From the NCBI RefSeq assembly GCF_028641065.1, contig NW_026576267.1, positions 62,001 through 126,000 on the forward strand: a stretch of 64,000 nt of DNA. Direction: 5' to 3'. Position 1 is the stretch's first letter; each line of letters opens with the position of its first letter. Both the position numbers and the translations under genes were made by a program. The stretch is from Leucoraja erinacea. Its lineage: Eukaryota. The notes under the pieces are model-generated. The model saw only the letters and a list, made by a program, of their open reading frames with translations. It ran no database searches and was not told the origin of the DNA. Positions 13,851 through 25,984 of the stretch are shown here, one piece after another.

Positions 13851-14267
13851 ATGCCGCAGCGGGCAGCCAGGGGCAGAGCGCCGCGCCGGGGGTGTGGGAG
13901 GCCGAAGAAAGCGCCCGTCAAGAAGCGCCTCAAGCCGGGCGAGAAGAAGAAGAAGAAGCAGAAGCAGAAGCAGCGGCGCAAGGGCGGCCAGCTCAACTAC
14001 GGCATCTACATCTACAAGGTGCTGAGGCAGGTCCACCCCAACGTGCGCATCGCCTCGTCGGCCATGAGTGTGATCAACTCCTTCGTGCACGACGTCTTCG
14101 AGCGCATCGCCTCCGAGGCGGCCAACCTGATCCGCACCAGCAAGAGGAAGACCATGTCGTCCCGGGAGATCCAGACGGCCGTGCGCCTCCTGCTGCCCGG
14201 GGAACTGGCCAAGCACGCCGTGTCCGAGGGGACCAAAGCGGTCAGCAAATACACCAGCTGCAAATAG
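13851..14267 (+). CDS. Divergent histone H2B variant, 138 aa, with long Arg/Lys-rich N-terminal tail
   Basis: [14 protein letters not shown]...[14 protein letters not shown]...[36 protein letters not shown] is an H2B fold. Intronless; ATG 13851 is the first ATG after the octamer/TATA. Confidence 0.95.
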   Translation: MPQRAARGRAPRRGCGRPKKAPVKKRLKPGEKKKKKQKQKQRRKGGQLNYGIYIYKVLRQVHPNVRIASSAMSVINSFVHDVFERIASEAANLIRTSKRKTMSSREIQTAVRLLLPGELAKHAVSEGTKAVSKYTSCK

Positions 14268-14328
14268 CAACGCGAAACTCCAGTACTCTCCCCTCCTTCT
14301 CTCTCAATCCACACAACTCCGACCCAAA

Positions 14329-14344
14329 GGCTCTTTTCAGAGCC
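14329..14344 (+). terminator. Histone mRNA 3' stem-loop
   Basis: ccaaaGGCTCTTTTCAGAGCCa matches the SLBP-binding consensus; a purine-rich segment lies about 20 nt downstream; AATAAA at 14499. Confidence 0.92.
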
Positions 14345-14554
14345 ATTTACCATCACAATAACCAAAGGACTAGCAGCCCCCTTGTCTTTCATTTTTCAAA
14401 GTTACTCGATGATAGGATTTAATGAAACGAAACTCAACTGTACCGGTGTCAAGACACGGAGCAGACAGTGTATTAATTCAGAATTTATGGATCTTTGCAA
14501 TAAAATATAATTTGAGTTTTAAACTTGTCTGCATTACTGATTAGAACAAAGGTC

Positions 14555-14706
14555 TATCATGGTATATGGACTCTTATCATGGTATATGGACACTCATGGT
14601 ATATGGACACTATCATGGTATATGGACACTATCATGGTATATGGACACTATCATGCTATATGGACTCTATCATGGTATATGGACACTATCATGGTATATG
14701 GACACA
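14555..14706. repeat. Minisatellite of about 20 bp (TATCATGGTATATGGACAC) x7
   Basis: Tandem copies of a motif that occurs singly in Rex/Babar 3' ends elsewhere in the window (e.g. 29022, 33358). Confidence 0.9.
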
Positions 14707-16414
14707 TTTATCTGTTTTATAGTAAATGCCTACTATTTTCTGTGTGCTTAAGCAAAGCAAGAATTTCATTGTCCTATACAGGGAAACATGACAATAAACT
14801 AACTTGGCGTCTGATACAACTCTGGGACAAAGAAAATTGCCTGCAGAATTCATTCTTACTCGGGTATCCATTGATTTTTAATGAAGCACTCACTGTTGAA
14901 TTATCAGCAATTTGTTTGCATTACTGATTATCACATGCACCGATTATGGTGGAGTGAAATTCGATTTACGATGTCCTTGGGACATCAGGAGAAGAATGGA
15001 GAGCAGGGTGAGAGAGCGACGAGACTTTGCCTTCCATCACATTGAGGAGGAGATTCACTGTGGTGGATGTTTGTGTGAACTGTGTTGGTTGTGTGGCTTG
15101 TTAATTGTTTCTCTGCACCTGGAGTATTGTATGCAGTTTTGGCCTGTTGGCCTTCATAACAAGAGGAGTTGAGTATAGGAGCAAAGAGGTCCTTCTGCAG
15201 TTGTACAGGGCCCTAATGAGACCATACCTGGAGTATTGTGTGCAGTTTTGGCCCGTTGGCCTTCATAACAAGAGGAGTTGAGTATAGGAGCAAAGAGGTC
15301 CTTCTGCAGTTGTACAGAGCCCTAGTGAGACCCCACCTGGAGTGTTGTGTGCAGTTTTGGTCCCCTAATTTGAGGAAGGACATTCTTGCCATTGAGGGAG
15401 TGCAGCAGTTATGGTCCCCTAATTTGAAGGATATTTTTGCTATTGAGGGAGTGCAGCAGTTTTGTTCACCTAATTTGAAGAAGGATATTCTTGCTATTGA
15501 GGTAGTGCAGCGTAGGTTCACCAAGTTAATTCCCGGGATGGCGGGAACCCAAACCAATTAGAAGCAGACGAGGGCATTCGATCCAATTCGTGATCCCAGC
15601 TACAAAGACAGATGTGTACAGCAATTCGTTCTTCCCCCGCACAATTAAAGCATGGAATAATCTCCACCCAACTATAGTTACCCAACCAGATGCTACTAAA
15701 TTTAAAGTAGCTCTTTCTTCCCAATAACCCTTTCTGGCTTAAGCCCTCCCTTCACCACCTCCAGTTTAAATTCCATTTGGAATATTTTGGAGGACCAAGA
15801 AACCAAGAACCAAGACTGTCATATGCTGAGAGAATGGAACGGCTGGGTTTGTATACTCTGGAGTTTAGAAAAGGATGAGAGGTGATCTTATTGAAACATA
15901 TAAGATTGTTAAGGGTTTGGACACGCTAGAGGCAGGAAACATGTTCCCGATGTTGGGGGAGTCCAGAACCAGAGGCCAGACAGTTTAAGAATTAGGGGTG
16001 AGCCATTTAGAATGGAGATGAGGAAACACTTTTTCTCAGAGAGTTGTGAGTCTGTGGAATTCTCTGCCTCACAGGGCGGTGGAGGCCGGTTCTCTGGATA
16101 CTTTCAAGAGAGAACTAGATAGGGCTCTTAAAGATAGAGGAGTCAGGGGATATGGGAAGAAGGCAGGAACGGGGTACTGATTGGGGATGATCAGCCATGA
16201 TCACATTGAATGGCGGTGCTGGCTCGAAGGGCCGAATGGCCTCTACTCCTGCACCTATTGTCTATTTGTTGTCTGACTGCAGAAACCAAATTAAATAATA
16301 ATACAATTACAATTTACTGTAGGCAAGTTGGGCTAAAGCAAAGATACAAGAAGAATTTCTCTGGTATCTTTGGGTTGAAGGACCTTGTTCTCTCCACATT
16401 TTAAATAAAATACA

Positions 16415-16700
16415 ACAAACTAAATTGTAATTGTAATTTTTAGTTCATTTTAAAGTAATTCAAATCTTGGCGCGGTTCTGACAGTTTAATTTGTCCCCAC
16501 CCCCCGTGGGCGGGTGTTTGAAAGTTTAAAGCGGCCAACGTCCAACGGTGAACTATTTATAACGGAAACCGGGCAACTCATTTGCATAGAGGGATTAGAG
16601 ATGGACCCCAAAAATCAGGGGCAACGGCCAATCAGAAAGCAGGACACCATGCCCGGTTTTCACCAATGAGCGGAGATGATCTTTATGACGTCTTCAAGCC
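16415..16700. promoter_or_regulatory. Orphan histone-type promoter module, copy 1
   Basis: TTCAAA 16459, TTGGCGCG 16467, TATTTATAA near 16554, octamer 16580-16587, CCAAT at 16628 and 16663, TGACGTC at 16686. No CDS adjacent. Confidence 0.55.
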
Positions 16701-17219
16701 CCCCCTCCCCCTCCCCAGCGACCCTCACATGACCAGAGTCCATAATGTCACAGAGTCATAGAATAATACAGTGTGGAGAGAACAAGGCCCTTCAACCCAA
16801 AGATACCAGAGGAGTTCCTCTTGTATCTTTGCTTCAGCCCAACTTGCCTAGACAATACAATTTATTTGTCATTTGAACCCCATTGAGGTTCAAACGAAAT
16901 GTTGTTTCTGCAGTCATACACACAAGAAGAAGAACCAAGACACAACACAATTTACACAAACATCCATCACAGCGCATCTCCTCCTCACTGTGATGGAAAG
17001 CAAAGACTTATCCCTCCCCTGCACTCCCCATTCCCCTCCCGATGTCAGAGTCAAAGTCAAAGCCCCCGGCGGGCGATGGCAATTGTCCCGCGGCCATTAA
17101 CGCCGCGCCGGGTGATGCAAGGCCACGCTCCGTGACTAAATTGTAATTGTAATTTTGAGTTCATTTTAAAGTAATTCAAATCTTGGCGCGGTTTTGACGG
17201 TTTAATTCCCCCTCCCCCG

Positions 17220-17760
17220 CCTGCAACTGGTCCAAAACGCCGCAGCGAGACTCCTGACGGGCACCCGAAAAAGGGACCACATCACCCCGATCCTGGCCTC
17301 TCTCCACTGGCTCCCTGTGCGGTTCCGAATAAATTTTAAGATCCTTCTTTATGTTTACAAAGCCCTTAACGGGCTTGCCCCCACGCTACATCAAAAGTCT
17401 GTTCACCCACCACACCACCTCCAGGCCCCTCAGATCGGCCGACTTGGGGCTACTGAACATCCCGTGGTCTGGGCATAAGCTCAGGGGCGACCGTGCCTTT
17501 GCGGTTGCAGCTCCTAGACTGTGGAACAGCATCCCTCTTCCCATCAGAACTGCCCCCTCCATCGACTCCTTTAAGTCGAGACTTAAAACTCATCTTTACT
17601 CTCAAGCCTTTCTTGGCGTCCTCTGAGGGAGGGCTATATGTATGTATTTATATATGTACTTAATCTATGAACCACTGTTGTGTAACGTTAGTACCTCCAC
17701 CAATGTAAAGCACTTTGGTCAACGAAAGTTGTTTTTTAAATGTGCTATAGAAATAAAATA
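17220..17760 (+). mobile_element. L2-clade LINE 3' fragment
   Basis: LQLVQNAAARLLTG...DHITPILASLHWLPVRFRINFKILL and GDRAFAVAAPRLWNSIP motifs; frameshifted. Confidence 0.85.
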
Positions 17761-17761
17761 G

Positions 17762-18565
17762 TTGGCCTACAGGGAGGAGGTCCAGCACTTAGCAGCATGG
17801 TGCGCTGACAACAACCTGGCCCTTAACTCCAAGAAGACCAAGGAGCTCATTGTAGACTTCAGGAAGTCCAGAGGCGGCACGCACACCCCCATCCACATTA
17901 ACGGGACGGAGGTGGAACGTGTTTCTAGCTTCAGGTTCTTGGGAGTCAACATCTCCGATGACCTCTCTTGGACCCACAATACCTCAACTCTGATCAAGAA
18001 GGCTCACCAGCGTCTCTTCTTCCTGAGGAGACTGAAGAAGGTCCATCTGTCTCATCAGATCCTGGTGAACTTCTACCGCTGCACCATCGAGAGCATCCTT
18101 ACCAACTGCATCACAGTATGGTATGGCAACTGCTCTGTCTCCGACCGGAAGGCATTGCAGAGGGTGGTGAAAATTGCCCAATGCCTCACCGGATCCTCGC
18201 TCCCCTCCATTGAGTCTGTCCAAAGCAAGCGTTGTCTGCGGAGGGCGCTCAGCATCGCCATGGACTGCTCTCACCCCAACCATGGACTGTTTACCCTCCT
18301 ACCATCTGGGAGGCGCTACAGGTCTCTCCGTTGCCGAACCAGCAGGTCGAGGAACAGCTTCTTCCCGGCGGCTGTCACTCTACTCAACAACGTACCTCGG
18401 TGACTGCCAATCACCAACCCCCCCGGACACTTATTATTATTTATTCAAATCATTTGCTATGTCGCTCTTCCAGGGAGATGCTAAATGCATTTCGTTGTCT
18501 CTGTACTGTACACTGACAATGACAATTAAAATTGAATCTGAATCTGAATCTGAATCTGAATCTGA
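17762..18565 (+). mobile_element. Rex1/Babar LINE 3' fragment with (GAATCT)n tail
   Basis: YREEVQHLAAWCADNNLALNSKKTKELIVDFRK...KKAHQRLFFLRRL...FYRCTIESILT...LLPSGRRYR. Related fragments at about 7105-7640(-), 10030-10700(-), 28560-29150(+), 32630-33245(-), 40700-41350(-), 43990-44640(+), 50815-51385(-), 58200-58555(-). Confidence 0.88.
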
Positions 18566-20111
18566 AAAGTGACTTGACTTGACACCTGCCAACATGTCCC
18601 AGCCACACTAGCCCCACCTGCCTGCGCTTGGCCCATATCCCTCCAAACCCACCCTATCCGTCAAGAGTTTTTTCATGTCGTGTGCCCCAGATAGAACGAT
18701 GAAATTCTTACTTGCTGCAGCACGACGGAATATGTAAACAGAGTACGCTGTAAACAATATGATGAAAGAGAGAAAAAAAGTTCTGTGTGGACAAAAGTGC
18801 TGGAGAAACTCAGCATCTATGGAGCGAAGGAAATAGGCAATGTTTCGGGCCGAAACCCTTCTTCAGACTCAACTGTTCAGTGTGTATATATACACACACA
18901 CACATACGCACAAGTACACACATATATGTATATATACATACACATACGCTCATACTCAAAAAACAAACTATAGACGAGTTTTATCGTCATGTGTCCCAGA
19001 TAGGACAATGAAATTCTTGCTTGCTGCAGCACAACACAATATGTAAACATAATACAGAACAGGAGATAAAAGATCAGTGTGTCTATATACCATAGACCAT
19101 ATATATACACAATAAATAACCAGATAAAGTGCAATAGGCTGTTGTTGTTCAGAGCTTGTTTGATGTCGTATTTAGTAGCCTGGTGGCTGTGGGGAAGAAG
19201 CTGTTCTTGAACAGTAGTGCAATGATAATAATAATAATAGTCTATTGTAGCATGTACCTGTTTAACTGTTTTGCAAATGTTGGGATAGTCCCAGCCTCAA
19301 CTACCTCCTCAGGCAGCTCATTTCATACACCCACCGCCCTTTGTGTGGAAAATGTTACCCCTCAGTTTCCTATTAAATCTTTTTCCTGTTCATCTTAAAT
19401 CTGAAGAAGGGTCTCGACCTGAAACGTCACCCATTCCCTCTCTCCAGAGATGCTGCCTGTTCCAATGAGTTACTCCAGCATTTTGTGTCTACCTTCACCT
19501 TGAACCTATGTTCTCTGGTCCTCGACTACCCAACTCTGGACAAGAGACTCTGTGCATCTATCCGATCTATGATTTTGTACACCTCAATAAGATCACCCCT
19601 CATCCTCCTGCTCTCCAAGGAATAAGAGTCCCAGCCTGCTCAATCTCTCCCGCTAGCTCAGATCCTCTAATCCTGGCAACATCTTCATAAATCTTCCCTG
19701 TACCCCTTAAGTCAAAGGAGCAGAATTAAGCCATTCAGCCCAGCAAATCTGTTACATCATTCAATCACGACTGATCTATCTTTCCCTCTTCAGCCCCATT
19801 CTCCTGCCTTTCCCCATTAACCTTTGATGGCACTACTAATCAAGAGTAACTGTCATTTGGACTGTATTAAGACGGGAAGATGGCTTAAAGTTAACAACAC
19901 AAAGAAATAACGTAAGCAAGAATGAATGCTTCATGTCACATTTTTTTTTAGATACTGCGTTGAAACAGGCCCTTCGGCCCATTGAGACCATGTCGATCAT
20001 CGATCACCCATTCACGCTAAAGACAGACATAAATGGCCAGAGAAACTCAACGGGACAGGCAGCATCTCTGGAGACAGTCTGTCAGTTCAGGAGTCTCAAC
20101 CCAAACTGTCT

Positions 20112-20472
20112 TAAGGGCCTGTCCCACTGTACGAGGTAATTCAAGAGTTCTCCCGAGTTTTCCCCTGATTCGAACTCGGAGAATGTCTGTGGCCGGTCCG
20201 TGGGAGTTTGTGGATGTCTCGTAGTGGCTCGTAATGCTAACAGTAGGTACTCGGGAAATCCAGTAAACTCGTGACGTTTTTTCAACACTGTGCAAAATGT
20301 CCACAAGTACAAAAACACTCGTGAAAAAATGGTTACTCTTTACTCGTACGAGCCGCTACGAGACATCCACAAACTCCTACGGACCCGCTACGGACATTCT
20401 CCGAGTTCGAATCAGGGGAAAACTATGGGGGAACTCTTGAATTACCTCGTAGAGTGGGACAGGGCCCTTTAA
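20112..20472. mobile_element. MITE with long terminal inverted repeats, probably PIF/Harbinger
   Basis: AAGGGCCTGTCCCACT...AGTGGGACAGGGCCCTT TIRs extending over more than 60 bp, TTA/TAA context. Related copies at about 4585-5372 and 62232-62796, both interrupted by CR1. Confidence 0.7.
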
Positions 20473-20669
20473 TGAGAGGGCAATTAACCCAGATGGAAAT
20501 CTTGCCAGAAAAATTCCAAGTGCAAAACTTTCTTCAAGACCCCCCCCCCCCCGGGAGAATATCAGCAGCGAGCAGAGATTACAGGGTATTTCTGGACATC
20601 CTGTTATATTCCTGGAGTCTGTACACTCTGCCGAATAAACGCTGAGAAGTCTTTCTGTTTGTTAATAAT

Positions 20670-22305
20670 ATTTTTATTAGAAGCATGTACGTATCATAAT
20701 CAAAACACATTTAATATATCAATTACATATTGTTAATAGATGGGATTCCAGCTATCAAAGTAAGAGGGGTCCTCATTTATTAATTATATATTAACCCAGC
20801 TTCTATTTGTTTATTTTTTTATATAGATAGTGAGAAAGAAGAGAATAAAAAACGATTAAAAATGAATAGAATAAATGACCAATAATACAACTTTGGAGAT
20901 AGGTCCGTAGATTATATAACATAACTATTCATCTAATCCTGGATTCAAGTTTCAGTCAGGCTTCCGTGCTGGTCCAACTTACCCTTTCAAAAAGTCAATA
21001 AATGGAGACCATATTCTAGCAAATAATTCTGGTTTGTCAATTAAGACAAGTCTAGTTCTGTCCAAATGTAAGGTCTCCGACATCTCCATAATCCACATTT
21101 TAATTGTGGGGGTTGTTGGATTTTTCCAAAATTTTAATATTAGTTTTTCCCCAGTTATTATACTGTAGTCAATAAACTTTCTTTGGCTTGTTGTGAGTTT
21201 TAGGCTTTGTTCTGATATTCCTAATATTATTAGTTTTGAATCGGGATCCAATTGGATATTAACAACTTCAGAAATTATTCTAAAAATATCCGTCCAGAAT
21301 TTTATGATTTTTATACAATTTACAAAAGTATGAGTTAAATTAGCCACTGAGTATTGACATTTATCACAGATAGGGGAGATATGTGGAAAAAATCTATTTA
21401 ATTTTGTTTTGAATAATGCAGTCTATGTAATACTTTAAATTGTATTAAAGAATGTCTGTCATTTAAGAAACATTGATGTATATGTTGTAGACTTTTGTCC
21501 CAAATATCTTTCATTATAGGTTGGTCTAATTCATTCTCCAATGCTTGTCTATATAATTCCATCGACGGGACCTCACTATCTAAAAGAGTATTATAAATAT
21601 GAGATTAACTTATCTGTATTAGGATGTTTATTCAAACATTCATCAAGAGTTTCCAGCTCTCTAGTTCTATAATCTTGTGTATGTGATTTAACATAATCTC
21701 TAAGTTGTAAATATCTGAAAAAGGTATTTGAGTGTAGTCCATTATTCTGTTGTAACTCCTGAAATGAAAGACATCTTTCCTATAAAGATGTCCCACCTTT
21801 TTAATTCCATATTGTTTCCATTGTGTAAAACCTTTATCCAACACAGAGGGTTTAAATGAAGGGTTATTTACAATTGGAAGAAAGAGTGATAAATTATCCA
21901 ATTTATTTTTTAATTGTTTCCAAATTCGTATACCACTATATATTATAGGGTTTTCACTATAGGTTTTTTTTAATTCAGTTTTGTGGGAGCTAACAGAATC
22001 AAGCCAATTTCAAAAGGCAAACAATCTTCCTTTTCAATCTTTAACCAGTCAGATTGCTGATCCATATCTTCCAACCAGAAGTTCATATTTTTAATATTAA
22101 CTGCCCAGAAGTAAAACAAAAAATTTGGTAAAGCTAATCCTCCATTCGTCTTGGATTTACATAAATGTTTTTTACTTATTCTATGTTTCTTATAATCCCA
22201 AATAAAACTTGTGACAAAGGAATCAACTTTAAGGAAGATATATCGGGATTGGTTGAAAGAGGTACAATAATTGCGGGAGAAAGATCATTTTTTATAGCAT
22301 TAATT
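20670..22305 (-). mobile_element. Decayed L1-clade LINE ORF2 3' region
   Basis: AT-rich fragments including GGLALPNFLFYFWA and a Cys-rich C-terminal part (ANLTHTFVNCIKIIKFW...ILKFWKNPTTPTIKMW); multiple frameshifts. Confidence 0.75.
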
Positions 22306-23867
22306 CTACCAAACATTGAGAGACGAAGTGTTTCTTTCTAATTGATTGAAAGATACAGCATGAACACAGGCTTTTAGACCACTGTGTCCCTGTCGATCAT
22401 CGATTACCCGTTTACAAAAGTCTTCTTCCCGCTGCCCCCCCGCACCCCCCCCCCCCCCCCCCCCCCCCCCATCAGTCTGAAGAAGGGTCTCGACCCAAAA
22501 CGTCACCTATTCCTTCGCTCCATAGAGGCTGCCTCAACCGTTGAGTTTCTCCAGCATTTTTGTCTACACCTGTTCACACTAGTTCTGTGTTATCCCACTT
22601 TCCCATCCACTCTTTAGACTTTAGACTTTGGAGATACAGCGTGGAAACAGGCCCTTCGGCCCACCAAGTCCACATTGACAATGATCACCCCACACAAATA
22701 GCACTTTCCTACAGTGGGGGCTAATTTACACGTTACAGAAGCCAATTAACCTATAAACACGTACGTCTTTGTGAAGTGTGGGAGGAAACCAGAGCACCCG
22801 GAGAAAACCCATGCAGTCACAGGGAGAACGTACAAACTCCGTACAGACAGCATCCGTAGTCAGGGACGAACCCGGGGATCTAGCGCTTTGATCTTGGGCT
22901 TGTACACTCTGGAGTTTAGAAGGATGAGAGGGATTCTTATTGAAACATATAAGATTATTAAGGGTTTGGACACGCTAGAGGCAGGAAACATGTTCCCGGT
23001 GTTGGGGGAGTCCAGAACCAGGGGCCACACACAGTTTAAGAATAAGGAGTAAGCCATTTAGATCGGAGACGAGGAAACACTTTTTCTCACAGAGAGTTGT
23101 GAGTCTGTGGAATTCTCTGCCTCAGGTGGAGGCCGGTTCTCTGGATACTTTCAAGAGAGAGCTAGATAGGGCTCTTAAAGATAGCAGAGCCAGGGGATAT
23201 GGGGAGAAGGCAGGAACGGGGTACTGGTTGGGGATGATCAGCCATGATCACATTGAATGGCTGTGCTGGCTCGAAGGGCCGAACGGTCTCCTCCTGCACC
23301 TGTTGTCTATTGTCCATTGTCTATTGTGAGGCAGCAACTCAGCCACTGCGCCGCCCAGATTTTTTAATTTTATTACAATTATGATGCTTCTAAATCAATA
23401 CCAAAGATACCAATACATCATTCAAAATCTCTGGGTATATTTTTTTATTGGGTAGGGCTTATTTTAAGTGTTGCAAAAGCAATACCAAGACAAAATTCCA
23501 AATATCTGGGTATATTTTTTTATTGGGTAGGGTTTATTTCAATAGTCCATTTACATTCAGATTTTGAATTTAAATTGAAATTCAATCAATTTGAATTTGA
23601 TTCAATCCCGTCTCCACCATTTTGCAATGTTAAATATTTTGGTTTTCATTTGTATCATATAATACAATAGTCCTTTTAAATACAGATTTTGAATTTAGAT
23701 TGAAATTCATGCAATTTGAATTTGATTCAATCCTGTCTCCACCATTTTGCAATGTTAAATATTTTGGTTTTCATTTGTATCATGTATCCAATGGATAAAA
23801 GTATCACATGTATCCAATTCGATTGACGGCTGCAAATCTATTATAGCCCAGTCTAAAAAGTTTAAGT

Positions 23868-23883
23868 GGCTCTTAAAAGAGCC
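23868..23883 (-). terminator. Histone mRNA 3' stem-loop
   Basis: Minus strand reads caaacGGCTCTTTTAAGAGCCactta, 46 nt after the H2B stop codon. Confidence 0.93.
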
Positions 23884-23929
23884 GTTTGACGGTCTCGTCG
23901 CAGCTTTTGATGGAGAGGGGAGAACGGAT

Positions 23930-24352
23930 CTACTTGGAGGAGTTGGTGTATTTGGTGACCGCTTTCGTCCCCTCCGAGACGGCGTGTTTGGCCAGTTCTC
24001 CGGGCAGCAGCAGGCGGACGGCGCTCTGGATCTCCCGGGAGGAGATGGTCTGGCGGCGGGTGTAGTGCACCAGGCGGGAGGCCTCGGAGGCGATGCGCTC
24101 GAAGATGTCGTTGACGAAGGAGTTGCTGACGCTCATGGCCTTGGAGGAGATGCCCGTGTCCGGGTGCACCTGCTTCAGCACCTTGTAGATGTAGGCGCTG
24201 TAGCTCTCCTTCCTGGCCTTCCTGTGCTTCTTGTCGCCCTTGCGGCTCATCTTCATGGCCGTCTTCTTCGAGCCCTTCTTGGAGATGGCGCCTTTGGCGC
24301 TCGCCGCCGAGGCACCACCAGTGGCGGCGGCGGCGGCAACGACGGTCGGCAT
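23930..24352 (-). CDS. Histone H2B variant, 140 aa, with Ala-rich N-terminal extension
   Basis: [27 protein letters not shown]...[16 protein letters not shown]...[37 protein letters not shown]. Intronless and followed by a stem-loop. Confidence 0.96.
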   Translation of the reverse strand: MPTVVAAAAATGGASAASAKGAISKKGSKKTAMKMSRKGDKKHRKARKESYSAYIYKVLKQVHPDTGISSKAMSVSNSFVNDIFERIASEASRLVHYTRRQTISSREIQSAVRLLLPGELAKHAVSEGTKAVTKYTNSSK

Positions 24353-24429
24353 CGCGAAGCCTCCAAGCGCGGTACCAAGAGCAAGAGGAGGCAGCCACCT
24401 GACGAGTGCCCCACCCGCCCCCCGCGGCC

Positions 24430-24520
24430 TCTCTGATATAGGCAGCGGTATGCAAATGAAGGATCAGAGAACGCCGATTCCTATTGACTGACTCCTTGCA
24501 CGGATGCACCAATCGCAGCA
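24430..24520 (-). promoter_or_regulatory. H2B promoter (octamer, TATA-like box, CCAAT)
   Basis: Minus strand ATTTGCAT (24457-24450) followed by TATATC (24440-24435); CCAAT at 24509. Confidence 0.8.
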
Positions 24521-24589
24521 GTCGATGGCTTCGGTATCCCCCTCCCCCATCCACTCCCACCCCCGGCGCTGACCAAAGTCACAGAGGCG

Positions 24590-25434
24590 TGAACTTTACG
24601 CTATTTTGATGGCAGTTCGGTGGATAGAACAGGTGCAACCATGCAAAATATTAATTTGTAGCGTCTCATTGTCTGCTATCCAGAGTATTGGGTCTGGTGC
24701 GTCCCATAGGCGGCCTGACCTAGTGTATGAAATTCTACTACTATTAAGCCAAGTAACAAGGAAGGGTAGTGACGTGACTTTGTTGTGGGTCCCAGCACAC
24801 ATTGGTGTGCTAGGAAATGACAAAGTGGACAAATTAGCAAAAGAGGCCGTTAAAAAAGAGAACATAGAGGTAAACCTACAAATATCCAAATCTGAAGGAA
24901 GACACATTGTGTGCAAGAAAATAAATCAGGAATGGCAACAATACTGGGAACAGGAGACAAAGGGGAGACACCTCTATTCGCTACAAAACAGAGTGGGCAT
25001 CACAGCAAGAAGAGGGGGAAACAGGAGAGAACAGGTAGTATTAGCAAGATTGAGGATAGGCCACACCCACCTGAACAGCACATTAAAAATGTTGGGAAAA
25101 CACCCTACTGGGATGTGTGAGGAATGCCATCAGCCGGAAACAGTTCAGCATGCTCTAGTTGCATGTAGAAGATATGCAACAGAAAGAAGAGTTTTGATCA
25201 ATGAAATGAAGAAAATTGGAATGACAGATATATCAGAAAAGAACATTCTAGAGTATGGAGGGGAAGGAAAAGGAGTAAATTTGTTGTTTAATTTCTTGAG
25301 GGCCTCTGGCCTTATAAAAATGATATAAAGTAAAGACATGAGGACTGTGGAGTGAAGCCAGAAGGTGGCAGCAATGCAACATTGTGGATGCCGGCTGCCG
25401 TAAAACTCCAAAGAAGAAGAAGAAGAAGAAGAAG
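24590..25434 (+). mobile_element. 5'-truncated RNase H-bearing LINE (I group, Nimb-like) with (GAA)n tail and 14-bp TSD
   Basis: ELYAI...ILICS[V]SLSA...LLWVPAHIGVLGNDKVDKLAKEA RNase H, RLRIGHTHLN and a CxxC...H...C knuckle. TSD AAGTCACAGAGGCG at 24576-24589 and 25435-25448. Confidence 0.88.
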
Positions 25435-25498
25435 AAGTCACAGAGGCGGCAAGTTTGAATTTTATTTATTGCCACGTGCATCGAGGTACAGTGAAAAG

Positions 25499-25984
25499 CA
25501 GAGATCCTATAGCGGAGCAAGATAGACCACTCCTGCTAAATGCAATGGGCTTTAGACACAAGTGCTGGAGAAACTCAACGGGTGCAGTAGCATCTATGGA
25601 GCGAAGGAAATAGGCAACGTTTCTGGCCGAACCCCTTCTTGAGACGTGTAGTATGCAACGGAGCGGAACGTGGGCCTTTTTTACATCCATTTCAGTAACC
25701 CGACCTGACTCGCAGTGTAATCAACGTTGCAGGTGAACAGTTTGTGTTAATAGATTATAACTCTGAAAATGAGAAGAAGATTTTTACCAAAGAACTTATA
25801 TTTTTACGAGGATGTTTCCTTAACCGGCTTCCATCTCCGCACTAGTATCTTTGCTCCACTACGGGATCTTCGGTGCGGAGACGGAAACCGGTTATGGAAA
25901 TGGGGCCGAAAATTATCCATGAATCTGCCCATGACCGTACTACGTCTTTTTCGTCGAGTGGACTATCTTGCTATAGGATCTTTG
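25499..25984. mobile_element. Non-autonomous DNA transposon (hAT-like), same family, with an internal Penelope-derived insertion
   Basis: CAGAGATCCTATAGC...GCTATAGGATCTTTG TIRs and a perfect 8-bp TSD GTGAAAAG. Confidence 0.82.

Noticed and set aside
14555-14706. CRISPR-like regular repeats
   Set aside because: No unique spacers; a eukaryotic minisatellite expanded from a Rex/Babar 3' UTR motif.
23402-23433. Another CAAAGAT...ATCTCTG micro-element
   Set aside because: No internal palindrome and no 8-bp TSD.
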